Source: an uncultured Candidatus Saccharibacteria bacterium
Lineage (GTDB): Bacteria > Patescibacteriota > Saccharimonadia > Saccharimonadales > Saccharimonadaceae
Direction of reading: 5' to 3'
Length of the DNA: 64,000 bases
Assembly (NCBI GenBank): GCA_964468665.1
Contig: CAYXTS010000001.1
Span: 3,418-67,417 of the forward strand
Positions 32,799-41,894 of this stretch are shown here, in pieces. Each line of letters begins with the position of its first letter. Within the stretch, counting starts at the first letter, position 1. Made by a program: the position numbers and the translations under genes. The notes beneath the pieces are model-generated. The model saw only the letters and a list, made by a program, of their open reading frames with translations, searched no databases and had not been told where the DNA came from.

Positions 32799-33554
32799 AT
32801 GCAGCCAGAGAATAATATGCAAAATAGTGCTTCGGGCCCGAAGCTGGAAGCGGTAGTGGAAGAAGTTACTGCGATGGAAACTAAGCCGGTAGCTACTGAG
32901 CCGTCAAAAAGCGATATTGTTTTTAATGATAAACCGAAGAAAAACAGCAGCATGATTCTAGGGATGGTTTTATTAGCGATTTTGGCGATTGGTGGGATTG
33001 GATTTGGTGTTTGGGCGATGCTGGATGGGAATGCACAGAAAGAAAACTTGAATAATCAGATTAGTTCGTTAACGACACAAAATAATGAATTATTGGAACA
33101 GATTGGTGCAAGTGATAGTGATAATATTGTCGATGTGAATGCAGATTTAGATACTTGGGAATATTTTTCTAATAATTTATTAAAGAGGCCAATGATTGCA
33201 ACTGGTGGTTATTGGCATTATACTGGTTCTGATAATGAATATAAAATGGTTTCTGCTCATAAAGATGCAGAAGGGCAATTAACGATAAATATTAATGGGG
33301 AAGATGTATCAGCTGATGGTTTTGAAAATGTGATTTTGGTGTACTTCGTGCATTATGGGAATGGAGCCGATGCTTATTTTTATGTAATCGAAGTCGATGG
33401 TAGTGTTTATAGGATGGAGGTAGCTGAGGGGATGACTTATGAGCTAGAGAAGGTAGGTGATTACACAAAAATAATTTCGGTTGTTGAGAATGGTGATTTA
33501 AGTAATGATTTGATTGATATCAACGGGAATGTGTATAATTTAAGAGAACAATAG
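32799..33554 (+). CDS. membrane-anchored hypothetical protein (TM plus coiled coil), related to 54604-55257
   Basis: GGIGFGVW TM segment followed by a QISSLTTQ heptad. Confidence 0.7.
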   Translation: MQPENNMQNSASGPKLEAVVEEVTAMETKPVATEPSKSDIVFNDKPKKNSSMILGMVLLAILAIGGIGFGVWAMLDGNAQKENLNNQISSLTTQNNELLEQIGASDSDNIVDVNADLDTWEYFSNNLLKRPMIATGGYWHYTGSDNEYKMVSAHKDAEGQLTININGEDVSADGFENVILVYFVHYGNGADAYFYVIEVDGSVYRMEVAEGMTYELEKVGDYTKIISVVENGDLSNDLIDINGNVYNLREQ

Positions 33555-33616
33555 CTAAATAAAAAATCGTTATTTACGATTTTAATAATTTAATGAACAG
33601 AGAGTGTCAGCGTTAG

Positions 33617-33654
33617 CTGGCACTCTTGACATGGGAGTGCTAGTTTTATATAAT
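33617..33654 (+). promoter_or_regulatory. CIRCE (HrcA operator) overlapping the clpC sigma70 promoter
   Basis: CTGGCACTC-N9-GAGTGCTAG against consensus TTAGCACTC-N9-GAGTGCTAA; TTGACA 33626 and TATAAT 33649 with 17-nt spacer. Confidence 0.8.
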
Positions 33655-33663
33655 GGTCTTATA

Positions 33664-33749
33664 TGAACGGGTGGCGCCTGGAGGGGGACCCCAAAAATGT
33701 TTTACAAAGTAAAAATTTTGGGGGAGGAAAAGGCGACAGGACCCGTTCA
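33664..33749 (+). mobile_element. family-B palindromic element in the clpC 5' UTR
   Basis: Nested inverted repeats tgaacgggt/acccgttca, cgcct/aggcg, ccccaaaa/ttttgggg, ttttac/gtaaaa; homologous to 42000-42087. Confidence 0.75.
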
Positions 33750-33762
33750 GAGAGAGGATTAT

Positions 33763-36231
33763 ATGCAAGCAGAATTTAGTGAAATTATGAACCACTTGTC
33801 GGAAAATGCACGATTTGCCCTGCAGAAAGCCGATTTTTATAGTAAAAGATATAATAACGGATATATGGGGACGGAGCATTTGCTGCTCGGGATTATGTCA
33901 ATGGATAATTCTACTGGTGCAAAGATGATCCGTGAAGAGGGCGCTACGATGGAAGAAATGGAGAAGGCGCTTAATAAAGTAGCGGTAGAGGTGCCCGGTT
34001 CAGACATGGCAATGATGTCTTTGTCGGAGGCAGTGATTTTGACACTGCGGATGGCGCAAAATTATGTGAAAGAGCAGGGTTTAACGGTGATTGGGACAGA
34101 ACATATATTATATGCACTTTTGTCGCAACCAAATTCTAGAGCGTCTTTGATTTTGCAGGGGTTAAAAGTAGATAGTGAAAAGATTTTGGATGAAATTGAA
34201 GCTTTGGTAGAGGAACAAACTAAAGACGAAAGAATCAAAGCCGAAAGAGCTAAATATCTCAAAAAAACACCACTTAAATTTTTGAATCGTTATGGGAAAG
34301 ATTTGACCGAGGAGGCGAGAGTGGGGAAATTAGATGCGGTAATTGGACGTGAAAATGAGATTGAACGAGTGGTGACAGTATTATCAAGAAGGACGAAGTC
34401 TAATCCAGTACTCATTGGTGAGGCCGGTGTGGGTAAAACAGCAATTGTGGAAGGTCTTGCTACGAGGATTTCCAAAAATGAGGTGCCGGGTAATTTGATT
34501 GGCAAGCATATCTATCAAGTAGATTTGTCGTCGGTGGTAGCGGGGACAAAATTCAGAGGTGAGTTTGAAGAAAGAATTAAGGGGATTATTGACGAAGCGA
34601 CGGGAGATGATTCGATTTTGCTTTTTATTGATGAGATTCATTTGCTTTGTGGGGCGGGTTCTTCTGAAGGTTCGATGGACGCAGCAAATATTTTAAAACC
34701 AGCACTAGCACGAAACACGATTAATTTGATTGGCGCGACGACTTTAGATGAATATCGGAAAACGATTGAAAAGGACAAGGCGCTTTCTAGAAGATTTCAG
34801 ACCGTAATGGTAGAAGAGCCTTCGGCGGTAGTGACGCTCCGGATTTTGAAGGGGATTAAAAGTCACTATGAAAAACATCATGGCGTAGTGATTCCGGATA
34901 CGATTTTGGAAACTGCTATCACGATGAGTCAGCGTTATATCAACGATCGTTTTATGCCGGATAAAGTGATTGATATTATTGATGAAGCTTCAGCGATTGC
35001 AAAGGTGGCGGCAGATAAAAAGGGTGGTGGTAAATACAAGAAGTTGAAGATTGAAAAATCTACATTAGAAAATAAAATTACCGAAGCGGCTGAGAAAGAG
35101 GATTATGAAAAGGCGGCTAACTACAAAACAGAATTAGCGAAGTTAGAACAAGAAATTAAAAAATTAGAAAAAGCGGGCGTGAAGAAAACTGAAAATCCTA
35201 AGCTCACTGAAGAAAATTTGGCTACAGCGGTGTCTCTTAAAACTGGTATTCCAGTATCTAAAGTGCATGGGAGCGAAATGAAGATGTTGATGGGGCTCGA
35301 AGATCATATCAAAGAATCAATTATCGGACAGGATGAAGCGGTAAAAGCGGTAGCGAAAGCGATTCGTCGGGGCCGGTCGGGAATTACGGATTCAAAACGA
35401 CCAATTGGTTCTTTCCTTTTTATGGGTCCAACTGGTGTAGGCAAAACTGAGTTGGCACGAGTAATTGCACGAGAAGTGTTTGGGGGTGAAAATGCTTTGG
35501 TGAAAATTGACATGTCGGAATTCGGCGAAAAGCATAATGTATCGCGACTAGTGGGTGCGCCGGCGGGATATATTGGCTATGATGATGGCGGGAAATTAAC
35601 TGAGGCAGTACGACGTAAGCCTTATTCGGTAATTTTGTTTGATGAAATTGAAAAGGCGCATCCGGATGTATTTAATTTGCTTTTGCAGATTTTGGAGGAC
35701 GGAGTGTTGACGGATGGGCAAGGTAATAAAATTAAATTTAATAATACAATTGTGATTTTGACATCAAACCTAGGTTCGGCGGATATGTATAGAGAGGGCG
35801 AACTTGGTTTTACCGCAAAAACTGTTAAAGATAAGAAAGCGCTTGAGGAAGAATATGAAGAAAATAAGTCCTATGCGATGAAGGCGCTCAAAAAAGTGAT
35901 GCGTCCAGAACTAATTAATCGTTTGGATAATATATTAGTATTTCATGCTTTGACGAAAAAAGATGTAGAAAAGATTTTTGATAATTTGATTGATGACCTC
36001 AAGAAACGTTTAGCAGCGAAAGGCATCGGTATTAAGATTGATGACAAAGCAAAAGAATATTTAATTCGTGAGGGTTATGATCCGAAAAATGGAGCAAGGC
36101 CTCTTAGACGTAAGATTGAAGACGAAGTAGAGTCGCTGCTTTCGGAGGAGATTATTTCGGAGAATTTGAAAAAAGGTGATATTCCGGTTTTGAAATATGT
36201 TAATAAGAAATTAAAGTTAGTAAAGGAGTAA
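33763..36231 (+). CDS. clpC: ClpC/ClpB-family AAA+ chaperone
   Basis: Clp-N repeats (GTEHLLLG), [39 protein letters not shown]. Start set at ATG 33763 after GAGAGG. Confidence 0.95.
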   Translation: MQAEFSEIMNHLSENARFALQKADFYSKRYNNGYMGTEHLLLGIMSMDNSTGAKMIREEGATMEEMEKALNKVAVEVPGSDMAMMSLSEAVILTLRMAQNYVKEQGLTVIGTEHILYALLSQPNSRASLILQGLKVDSEKILDEIEALVEEQTKDERIKAERAKYLKKTPLKFLNRYGKDLTEEARVGKLDAVIGRENEIERVVTVLSRRTKSNPVLIGEAGVGKTAIVEGLATRISKNEVPGNLIGKHIYQVDLSSVVAGTKFRGEFEERIKGIIDEATGDDSILLFIDEIHLLCGAGSSEGSMDAANILKPALARNTINLIGATTLDEYRKTIEKDKALSRRFQTVMVEEPSAVVTLRILKGIKSHYEKHHGVVIPDTILETAITMSQRYINDRFMPDKVIDIIDEASAIAKVAADKKGGGKYKKLKIEKSTLENKITEAAEKEDYEKAANYKTELAKLEQEIKKLEKAGVKKTENPKLTEENLATAVSLKTGIPVSKVHGSEMKMLMGLEDHIKESIIGQDEAVKAVAKAIRRGRSGITDSKRPIGSFLFMGPTGVGKTELARVIAREVFGGENALVKIDMSEFGEKHNVSRLVGAPAGYIGYDDGGKLTEAVRRKPYSVILFDEIEKAHPDVFNLLLQILEDGVLTDGQGNKIKFNNTIVILTSNLGSADMYREGELGFTAKTVKDKKALEEEYEENKSYAMKALKKVMRPELINRLDNILVFHALTKKDVEKIFDNLIDDLKKRLAAKGIGIKIDDKAKEYLIREGYDPKNGARPLRRKIEDEVESLLSEEIISENLKKGDIPVLKYVNKKLKLVKE

Positions 36232-36233
36232 AA

Positions 36234-36818
36234 ATGGCTAAAAATTATTTAGTACCGACAGTGGTAGAAGAAACTAATAAAGGTGAGAGAGCTTACGATA
36301 TTTATTCAAGGCTTCTCAATGATAGGATTGTGTTTTTGGGTGAGGATGTGAATCCTCATACAGCTAATTTGGTGATTGCGCAGTTACTATATCTTGCACA
36401 TGAGGATAATAAAAAACCGATTAAATTATATATTAATTCACCAGGCGGGTCAGTTTATGATGGGCTGGCAATCATTGATACGAAGAATTATATTTAGCCG
36501 GATGTGTAGACGATTTGGTTTGGCCTGCAGTCTTAGATGGGGGCGATGTTACTTAGCTCTGGTGCGAAGGGCAAGAGGTATTGTCTCCCAAATGCGCGGA
36601 TTATGATTCATCAGCCGTCATCTGGTACGGAAGGCAAAATTACCGACCAGGAGATTATGTTGCGTGAGGGTGTGTTTTTGAAAAAGCGTCTTGCAGAGAT
36701 TTTTGCCAAAAATACGGGCAAAGATTTGAAACAAGTGGAAAAAGATATGGATCGGGATAATTGGATGAGTGCAGAAGAAGCTTTGAAATATGGAATTATC
36801 GATAAAATAATAAAATAA
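36234..36818 (+). pseudogene. clpP: ClpP protease subunit with three in-frame TAG codons (likely local sequence error)
   Basis: [14 protein letters not shown] and MIHQP..G in one frame. TAG at 36495, 36507 and 36534; the last is at the catalytic Ser position. Confidence 0.85.
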
Positions 36819-37010
36819 ATCATAACATTAAGATTTAAAAACATAATGTTAAGTTTTTGAAACATAACATTATGTTTTTTGAATGGAATTTTTAGCTAAC
36901 AGGGGTGAAATTTATGAAAAAAATGCTTGCGTTTATTCAAAAAAAATGATAGGATGGACTTGTGTAAAGGTCAAACACAATATAAAAACAATAATTAAAA
37001 TAAAAACAAA

Positions 37011-40000
37011 ATGTCTCCACACTATAAAACAAATATTATTTTTGTGCATAAAGCAATCGTTAGTTTACTGATTGCCTTTGTTGCAAGCTTTATTATCAAC
37101 GAAAATTCTGTTTTGGCTTATTCTTCTTCTATTACTACTTCGGGATTGGTGCAAGTAGATGTGTCTTCTACTGGTAATGGCGCCAGTGTGGGAACTGATG
37201 ACGTGATGGTAAATTCTACTTGTCCTTTGGGTTATACTTTGACCATTGAGGGTCCGAGCGATAGTAATTTGTATAAGGGTGGTGACGACACAAGTAATTA
37301 TAGTATTGCTTCTTCTGCTGGTACCTCTGATAACCCACTTCCTATTATTGGTGATGACGGACAGGGGTATAGTTATATGAATACTTGGGGTTATACTACG
37401 GAGTCTGGAGCTACTTTTAAGTCGAATTTTATTGGCTTAACTAATACAGCTACTACCCTTGCCACCAAATCATCCGCTTCTGCTAGCGGTGGTGATACCG
37501 TATCGGTTCACTATGGCGTATCGGCAGATAAATCGTTGGAGGTTGGATTATACACTATGGCGAATAGTGGAGCAGTGACTTACTATCTTGTTCAGAATCC
37601 TAGTTGCTCTACGATTGATGTGGTATATGATGGGAATGATGCTTCGGATGGGTCTATGGGTACTTTGTCTCATAGTAATGTAGCGGAGAATAGTAGTTTA
37701 GACTTATATCCGTCAAACTATTCGCGGGATGGTTATGGTTTTGCTGGGTGGTCTACTGAGCAGATAGATCCAGATGCAAATAATGCTGCTACACTTATTA
37801 GTACCGCTGCAGCTAATGGTAATATCTATGGTCCAATGGCTACCATTACTGCAGATGCTAATTTCTTAAGTCATGCTACAGTATCAGGTAATAATCTAGT
37901 CGTAACATTATATGCCGTTTGGGTAAAGCCAGTTGATAATGCTACTTTGCAGGATTTTATTTGCCCAGATAATACTGTTATGCCAGTTGGATCGGTGATT
38001 GCTCTAAAAGATCAGCGTGACAGCAATGCCTATGCTGTAGCCAAACTAGCTGATGGTAATTGTTGGATGATAGAGAACTTACGTTTAGATAATACCAATA
38101 GCGATAATTCTACGGGTGCACTGGCACAAGGCTATCATGGTGATACTATATTCGACCCAGAACTCGGTGGTATCTTTGCTGGCCTAGCTGACCCAGAATT
38201 CGATACTTTTTCTGACACCGCTATGGCAAACAGCCTATATTATAGCGGCACTCCATCTGGTACAGCTAGCATTAATATTGGTACAGACCATCCAGGTTAC
38301 CGTATGCCTCGTTATAACAATGAGAATACTTCGTCTAGAGCTTCTAGCCCAACAGACGATAATGGTGCTATGTATAGCTACGGTAATTACTACACTTGGG
38401 CGGCAGCTATAGCTAATACTTTTGGTTACAGTAATACTTTTCCAACAGATGATAACGGAAACACTAGTGAAACTGCAGGTACTTCCATTTGTCCTAAAGG
38501 CTGGAAGTTGCCATATGGTAAGGATACCGATAATGGAGCAACAAAGGGAGGTTTTTATTATCTTGGTTCTCAAATGGGGGCAACAGCAAGTAGTGAGGCG
38601 AGCTCTAAAATTTGGCGGAGCTACCCTAACAACTTCCTTTACTCCGGCTATTATTATGGTTCGTCTGCCAGTTCTAGAGGTTCTAGGTATAGTTATGGAA
38701 TGCATAGCGGCGATGGCTACTATTGGACATCTACCGTATATAGTATTGCAGGCTCGTATTCGCTGCTCATAAATGATTCGGGTGTTGCACCGGGTACTGG
38801 TAGGCCAATTAAAACCAATGGGAACAGCATTAGGTGCCTCGCTATCACAGACTACACTGTTCACTTTGACGCCAATGGTGGTAGTGGCACTATGAGCGAC
38901 CAAACTATTAATGTAAATACAGCTACTGCTCTTACTTCCAATGCCTTTACTGCGCCTGCAAACAGTGTATTTGCTGGTTGGAACACAGCAGCTGATGGCG
39001 GTGGTACTAGCTATACGAATGGACAATCTGTCACAGATATTACTACACCAGGAAAAACCATTACGCTTTATGCTCAGTGGGAGCCTGTAGGTTATAATGT
39101 GAAAGTTAATTTTGCAGGTAATGGCGTGAGTAATGTAAGGTTTACGGCAAGTGGATATACGACTAGGGTTGTGTCTACGAGTGGTGGCACTGCTAATTTG
39201 GTAGCAGGGGTGCAATATACTGTTACAATGAATTTTGTTAATGCCAATAATTATGAATTTGATAGTTGGGCATTAAATAGCAGTAGCTATGGGACTTTGT
39301 CTTCGACATCTGTAAATCCGACTTATTTTACGCCAAATGCTAATAGTGGGAGTGCGATAATCACGGCTACTGGGAAAGTGAAAGTGGTTTATATGCAGGA
39401 TTTGACGCTTGCAAGTTGCCAGAAAAATGTAGGGTCGAATGGTATAGGTGATGAATTTACTGTATATGATAAACGAGATGACAAGGATTACACCGTGCGC
39501 TATATCAATGGTTCTTGTTGGATGACGCAAAACTTGCGGTTTACAGAAACATCTTTGAATCTTGAAACTTCTAACGTTGGTGTTAATAAAACTATTTCTT
39601 ATGGTGATTTGACTTCTGGTGATAGCAATGTGGTAGCTAGAATTCATGAATCGGGCGATGATACGATTGGTGTTTGGTATAATTACGCGGCAGCTTCGGC
39701 TATGTATATTGCTACGAATTCTAATAGTAACTATTCTAGCTATGACATTTGTCCGAAGAATTGGCATTTGCCGACTGGGCCTAATACTACCGCAGACACT
39801 GACCTTAATATGTTAATAGGTAATACAATTTCCGATTTCCAGGATTTAACTGCAGGATTAGATAGTTTTGTGGATATTAATGGTGGTATTTATAGTGGTG
39901 GTACGTTAGGAAGTTCTAGCCTTGGTGGTTGGTGGTCTGGTACGGCTGGAAGTACGACTACACGTTACGCATTGATTTATGATGGTACAAATAGAATTCC

Positions 40001-40094
40001 AATGGGGGATCATTATGTGGGTGGTTTGATTAGTGGGGATGAAACAGAGTCTAGAGGAAGTGGTATGTTTGTGCGATGCGTGCGCAGTTCATAA
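37011..40094 (+). CDS. large secreted/surface protein paralogous to 12007-16035 (two FISUMP-like domains, InlB-B-type repeat)
   Basis: Same N-terminal module, DGNCWMIENL, CPKGWKLP, NSIRC, HFDANGGSG, GSCWMTQNL, FVRC. Confidence 0.8.
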   Translation: MSPHYKTNIIFVHKAIVSLLIAFVASFIINENSVLAYSSSITTSGLVQVDVSSTGNGASVGTDDVMVNSTCPLGYTLTIEGPSDSNLYKGGDDTSNYSIASSAGTSDNPLPIIGDDGQGYSYMNTWGYTTESGATFKSNFIGLTNTATTLATKSSASASGGDTVSVHYGVSADKSLEVGLYTMANSGAVTYYLVQNPSCSTIDVVYDGNDASDGSMGTLSHSNVAENSSLDLYPSNYSRDGYGFAGWSTEQIDPDANNAATLISTAAANGNIYGPMATITADANFLSHATVSGNNLVVTLYAVWVKPVDNATLQDFICPDNTVMPVGSVIALKDQRDSNAYAVAKLADGNCWMIENLRLDNTNSDNSTGALAQGYHGDTIFDPELGGIFAGLADPEFDTFSDTAMANSLYYSGTPSGTASINIGTDHPGYRMPRYNNENTSSRASSPTDDNGAMYSYGNYYTWAAAIANTFGYSNTFPTDDNGNTSETAGTSICPKGWKLPYGKDTDNGATKGGFYYLGSQMGATASSEASSKIWRSYPNNFLYSGYYYGSSASSRGSRYSYGMHSGDGYYWTSTVYSIAGSYSLLINDSGVAPGTGRPIKTNGNSIRCLAITDYTVHFDANGGSGTMSDQTINVNTATALTSNAFTAPANSVFAGWNTAADGGGTSYTNGQSVTDITTPGKTITLYAQWEPVGYNVKVNFAGNGVSNVRFTASGYTTRVVSTSGGTANLVAGVQYTVTMNFVNANNYEFDSWALNSSSYGTLSSTSVNPTYFTPNANSGSAIITATGKVKVVYMQDLTLASCQKNVGSNGIGDEFTVYDKRDDKDYTVRYINGSCWMTQNLRFTETSLNLETSNVGVNKTISYGDLTSGDSNVVARIHESGDDTIGVWYNYAAASAMYIATNSNSNYSSYDICPKNWHLPTGPNTTADTDLNMLIGNTISDFQDLTAGLDSFVDINGGIYSGGTLGSSSLGGWWSGTAGSTTTRYALIYDGTNRIPMGDHYVGGLISGDETESRGSGMFVRCVRSS

Positions 40095-40115
40095 TAGTTG
40101 TGATATAATTTGAAT

Positions 40116-40544
40116 ATGAAAATATTGTGGACTGATGGGAGTGCAAGTCCGAATCCGGGGCCAGGAGGGTTTGCAGTGATTGAGGTTGATGACGATAATG
40201 CTCGTCCGGTAGTTTTGGGACGTGAAAAGAACACTACTAATATCAGGATGGAAGGTTCAGCGATGATTGCGGCGATTAAATATGCTGGGGATGAAGGTTG
40301 CGAAATCCATTCGGATTCGGAATTTTGGATTAATGTTCTGACAAAGTGGGCTGATGGTTGGGCAGCGAATGGTTGGAAGAAAAAGACCGGTGCGATTAAA
40401 AATTTAGACTTAGTGAAAGAATTATATGAATTATATAATAAATTTTCGGTGAAGTTGGTTTGGGAAAAGGGGCATGACGGGATAGAGTTCAATGAAATGG
40501 CAGATGAGTGGGCTAATAAAGCCAGACAAGGCAAAGAGTTGTGA
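40116..40544 (+). CDS. rnhA: ribonuclease HI
   Basis: TDGSASPNPGPGG, TNIRME, SDS, NLDL, W.KGH, NEMAD. Confidence 0.94.
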   Translation: MKILWTDGSASPNPGPGGFAVIEVDDDNARPVVLGREKNTTNIRMEGSAMIAAIKYAGDEGCEIHSDSEFWINVLTKWADGWAANGWKKKTGAIKNLDLVKELYELYNKFSVKLVWEKGHDGIEFNEMADEWANKARQGKEL

Positions 40545-40556
40545 TATAATTATCTC

Positions 40557-41894
40557 ATGAAACTATCAGAGGAACTTATTTATCGTGGCTTTATGGCCGA
40601 AACAACTATTGAAAATCCTGTGGATTTGGATACGAGAGAATCGAAAAAGTTCTATTGGGGAGCGGATCCGTCGGCAGATTCTTTGACAATTGGAAATTTG
40701 GCGGCCATTATGATGTGCGCGTGTTTTGTACGCCATGGGTATCAACCGTATCTGTTGGTAGGCGGAGCGACGGGACAAATTGGAGATCCGAAAGAAAATG
40801 GCGAAAGAGAATTGAAATCTCTAGACGAAGTAGAGCATAATAAACAATGTATCAAAAGGCAAGTTGAAAAGGTGATTAGTAATGCTACTTCTCGACTCGC
40901 GCCTGCGCGCCCGTCGTTACGGGGCTCCGGCGCTCATTTCGTTCCCGTTGTCGCGGACGGTCTCGAAGTAGCATTGCCTAATCACCTCAACGTGACTATG
41001 GTTGATAATTATGACTGGTTCAAGGATATGAAGTATTTGGATTTTTTGCGCGAAGTGGGGAAGGCGTTTTCGATGACGCAGCTCTTAGATAGGCAGTTTG
41101 TGCAGAATCGGATTGGTGAAGGTGGTTCGGGGATTTCTTATGCAGAGTTTTCGTATACTTTGATCCAGGGTTATGATTTCCTACATCTTTATCGTGAATA
41201 TGGCGTGGATTTGCAGCTTTGTGGAGCGGATCAATATGGTAATTGTACTTCGGGGATTCATTTGATTAGAAGATTAGAGGATGGAGTGGCGGATGTGTGG
41301 TCTACGCCGTTAGTGATAGATCCGGTGACGGGACGAAAATTCGGTAAGTCTGAAGGGAATGCGATTTGGCTGGCAGTTTCGGATAATGGCAGCGGAAACT
41401 ATACTTCGATTTTCGATTTTTATCAATTTTGGTTGAATCAGTCGGATGAAGCAGTAGAATATTTGATAAAGATTTATACGCTTTATGATAAGGAAACAAT
41501 TGAGGATATTTTGAAGCAACATTTAGAAGCGCCGGAAAAACGGATTGCGCAGCGAGCTTTGGCGCGGGGAGTGACGGAAGTTGTGCATGGTAAGGAGGCG
41601 GCAGAGGCGGTAGAGAATTTGACAGAAATATTGTTTAGTCGCGAAACGAATTTTGCGGAGTTTAGCGAGGATGAGATTTTGGAATTTGCGAAATATTTGC
41701 CGACAGAAAAAAAGGGCGTGATGTTGGTGGATGCTTTGGTGAATAATGGTTTGGCTGAATCAAAAAAGAAAGCACGGGAATTTATTGCGCAAGGGGCGAT
41801 TACGATTAATGGTGAAAAGATTAAAGACGATATCGAACTTAATCAAACAGCGATTATTAAAAAGGGTAAAAATAAGTTTTTGATTGTAAAATGA
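40557..41894 (+). CDS. tyrS: tyrosine--tRNA ligase with palindromic-element insertion
   Basis: GADPSADSLTIGN (HIGH-like), IQGYDF, GADQYGN, KFGKS, C-terminal S4-like domain. Confidence 0.96.
   Translation: MKLSEELIYRGFMAETTIENPVDLDTRESKKFYWGADPSADSLTIGNLAAIMMCACFVRHGYQPYLLVGGATGQIGDPKENGERELKSLDEVEHNKQCIKRQVEKVISNATSRLAPARPSLRGSGAHFVPVVADGLEVALPNHLNVTMVDNYDWFKDMKYLDFLREVGKAFSMTQLLDRQFVQNRIGEGGSGISYAEFSYTLIQGYDFLHLYREYGVDLQLCGADQYGNCTSGIHLIRRLEDGVADVWSTPLVIDPVTGRKFGKSEGNAIWLAVSDNGSGNYTSIFDFYQFWLNQSDEAVEYLIKIYTLYDKETIEDILKQHLEAPEKRIAQRALARGVTEVVHGKEAAEAVENLTEILFSRETNFAEFSEDEILEFAKYLPTEKKGVMLVDALVNNGLAESKKKAREFIAQGAITINGEKIKDDIELNQTAIIKKGKNKFLIVK
40870..40987 (+). mobile_element. family-A palindromic element, in frame in tyrS
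   Basis: Arms aggtgattag/ctaatcacct and aatgctacttc/gaagtagcatt; core cccgtcgttacggg. Confidence 0.75.

Noticed and set aside
33697-33762. ORF-track N-terminal extension of ClpC
   Set aside because: That ATG lies inside the family-B hairpin without an SD; ATG 33763 follows GAGAGG.
36483-36536. TAG-to-Gln recoding explaining clpP
   Set aside because: The third TAG is at the catalytic Ser, neighbouring missense changes are unexplained, and TAG ends other genes (ligA, pyk, pepN).
12007-40094. Complete DGR cassette
   Set aside because: The two paralogous VR-like segments differ at many non-adenine and third positions and both are coding, so neither is the template of the other. No RT is present.
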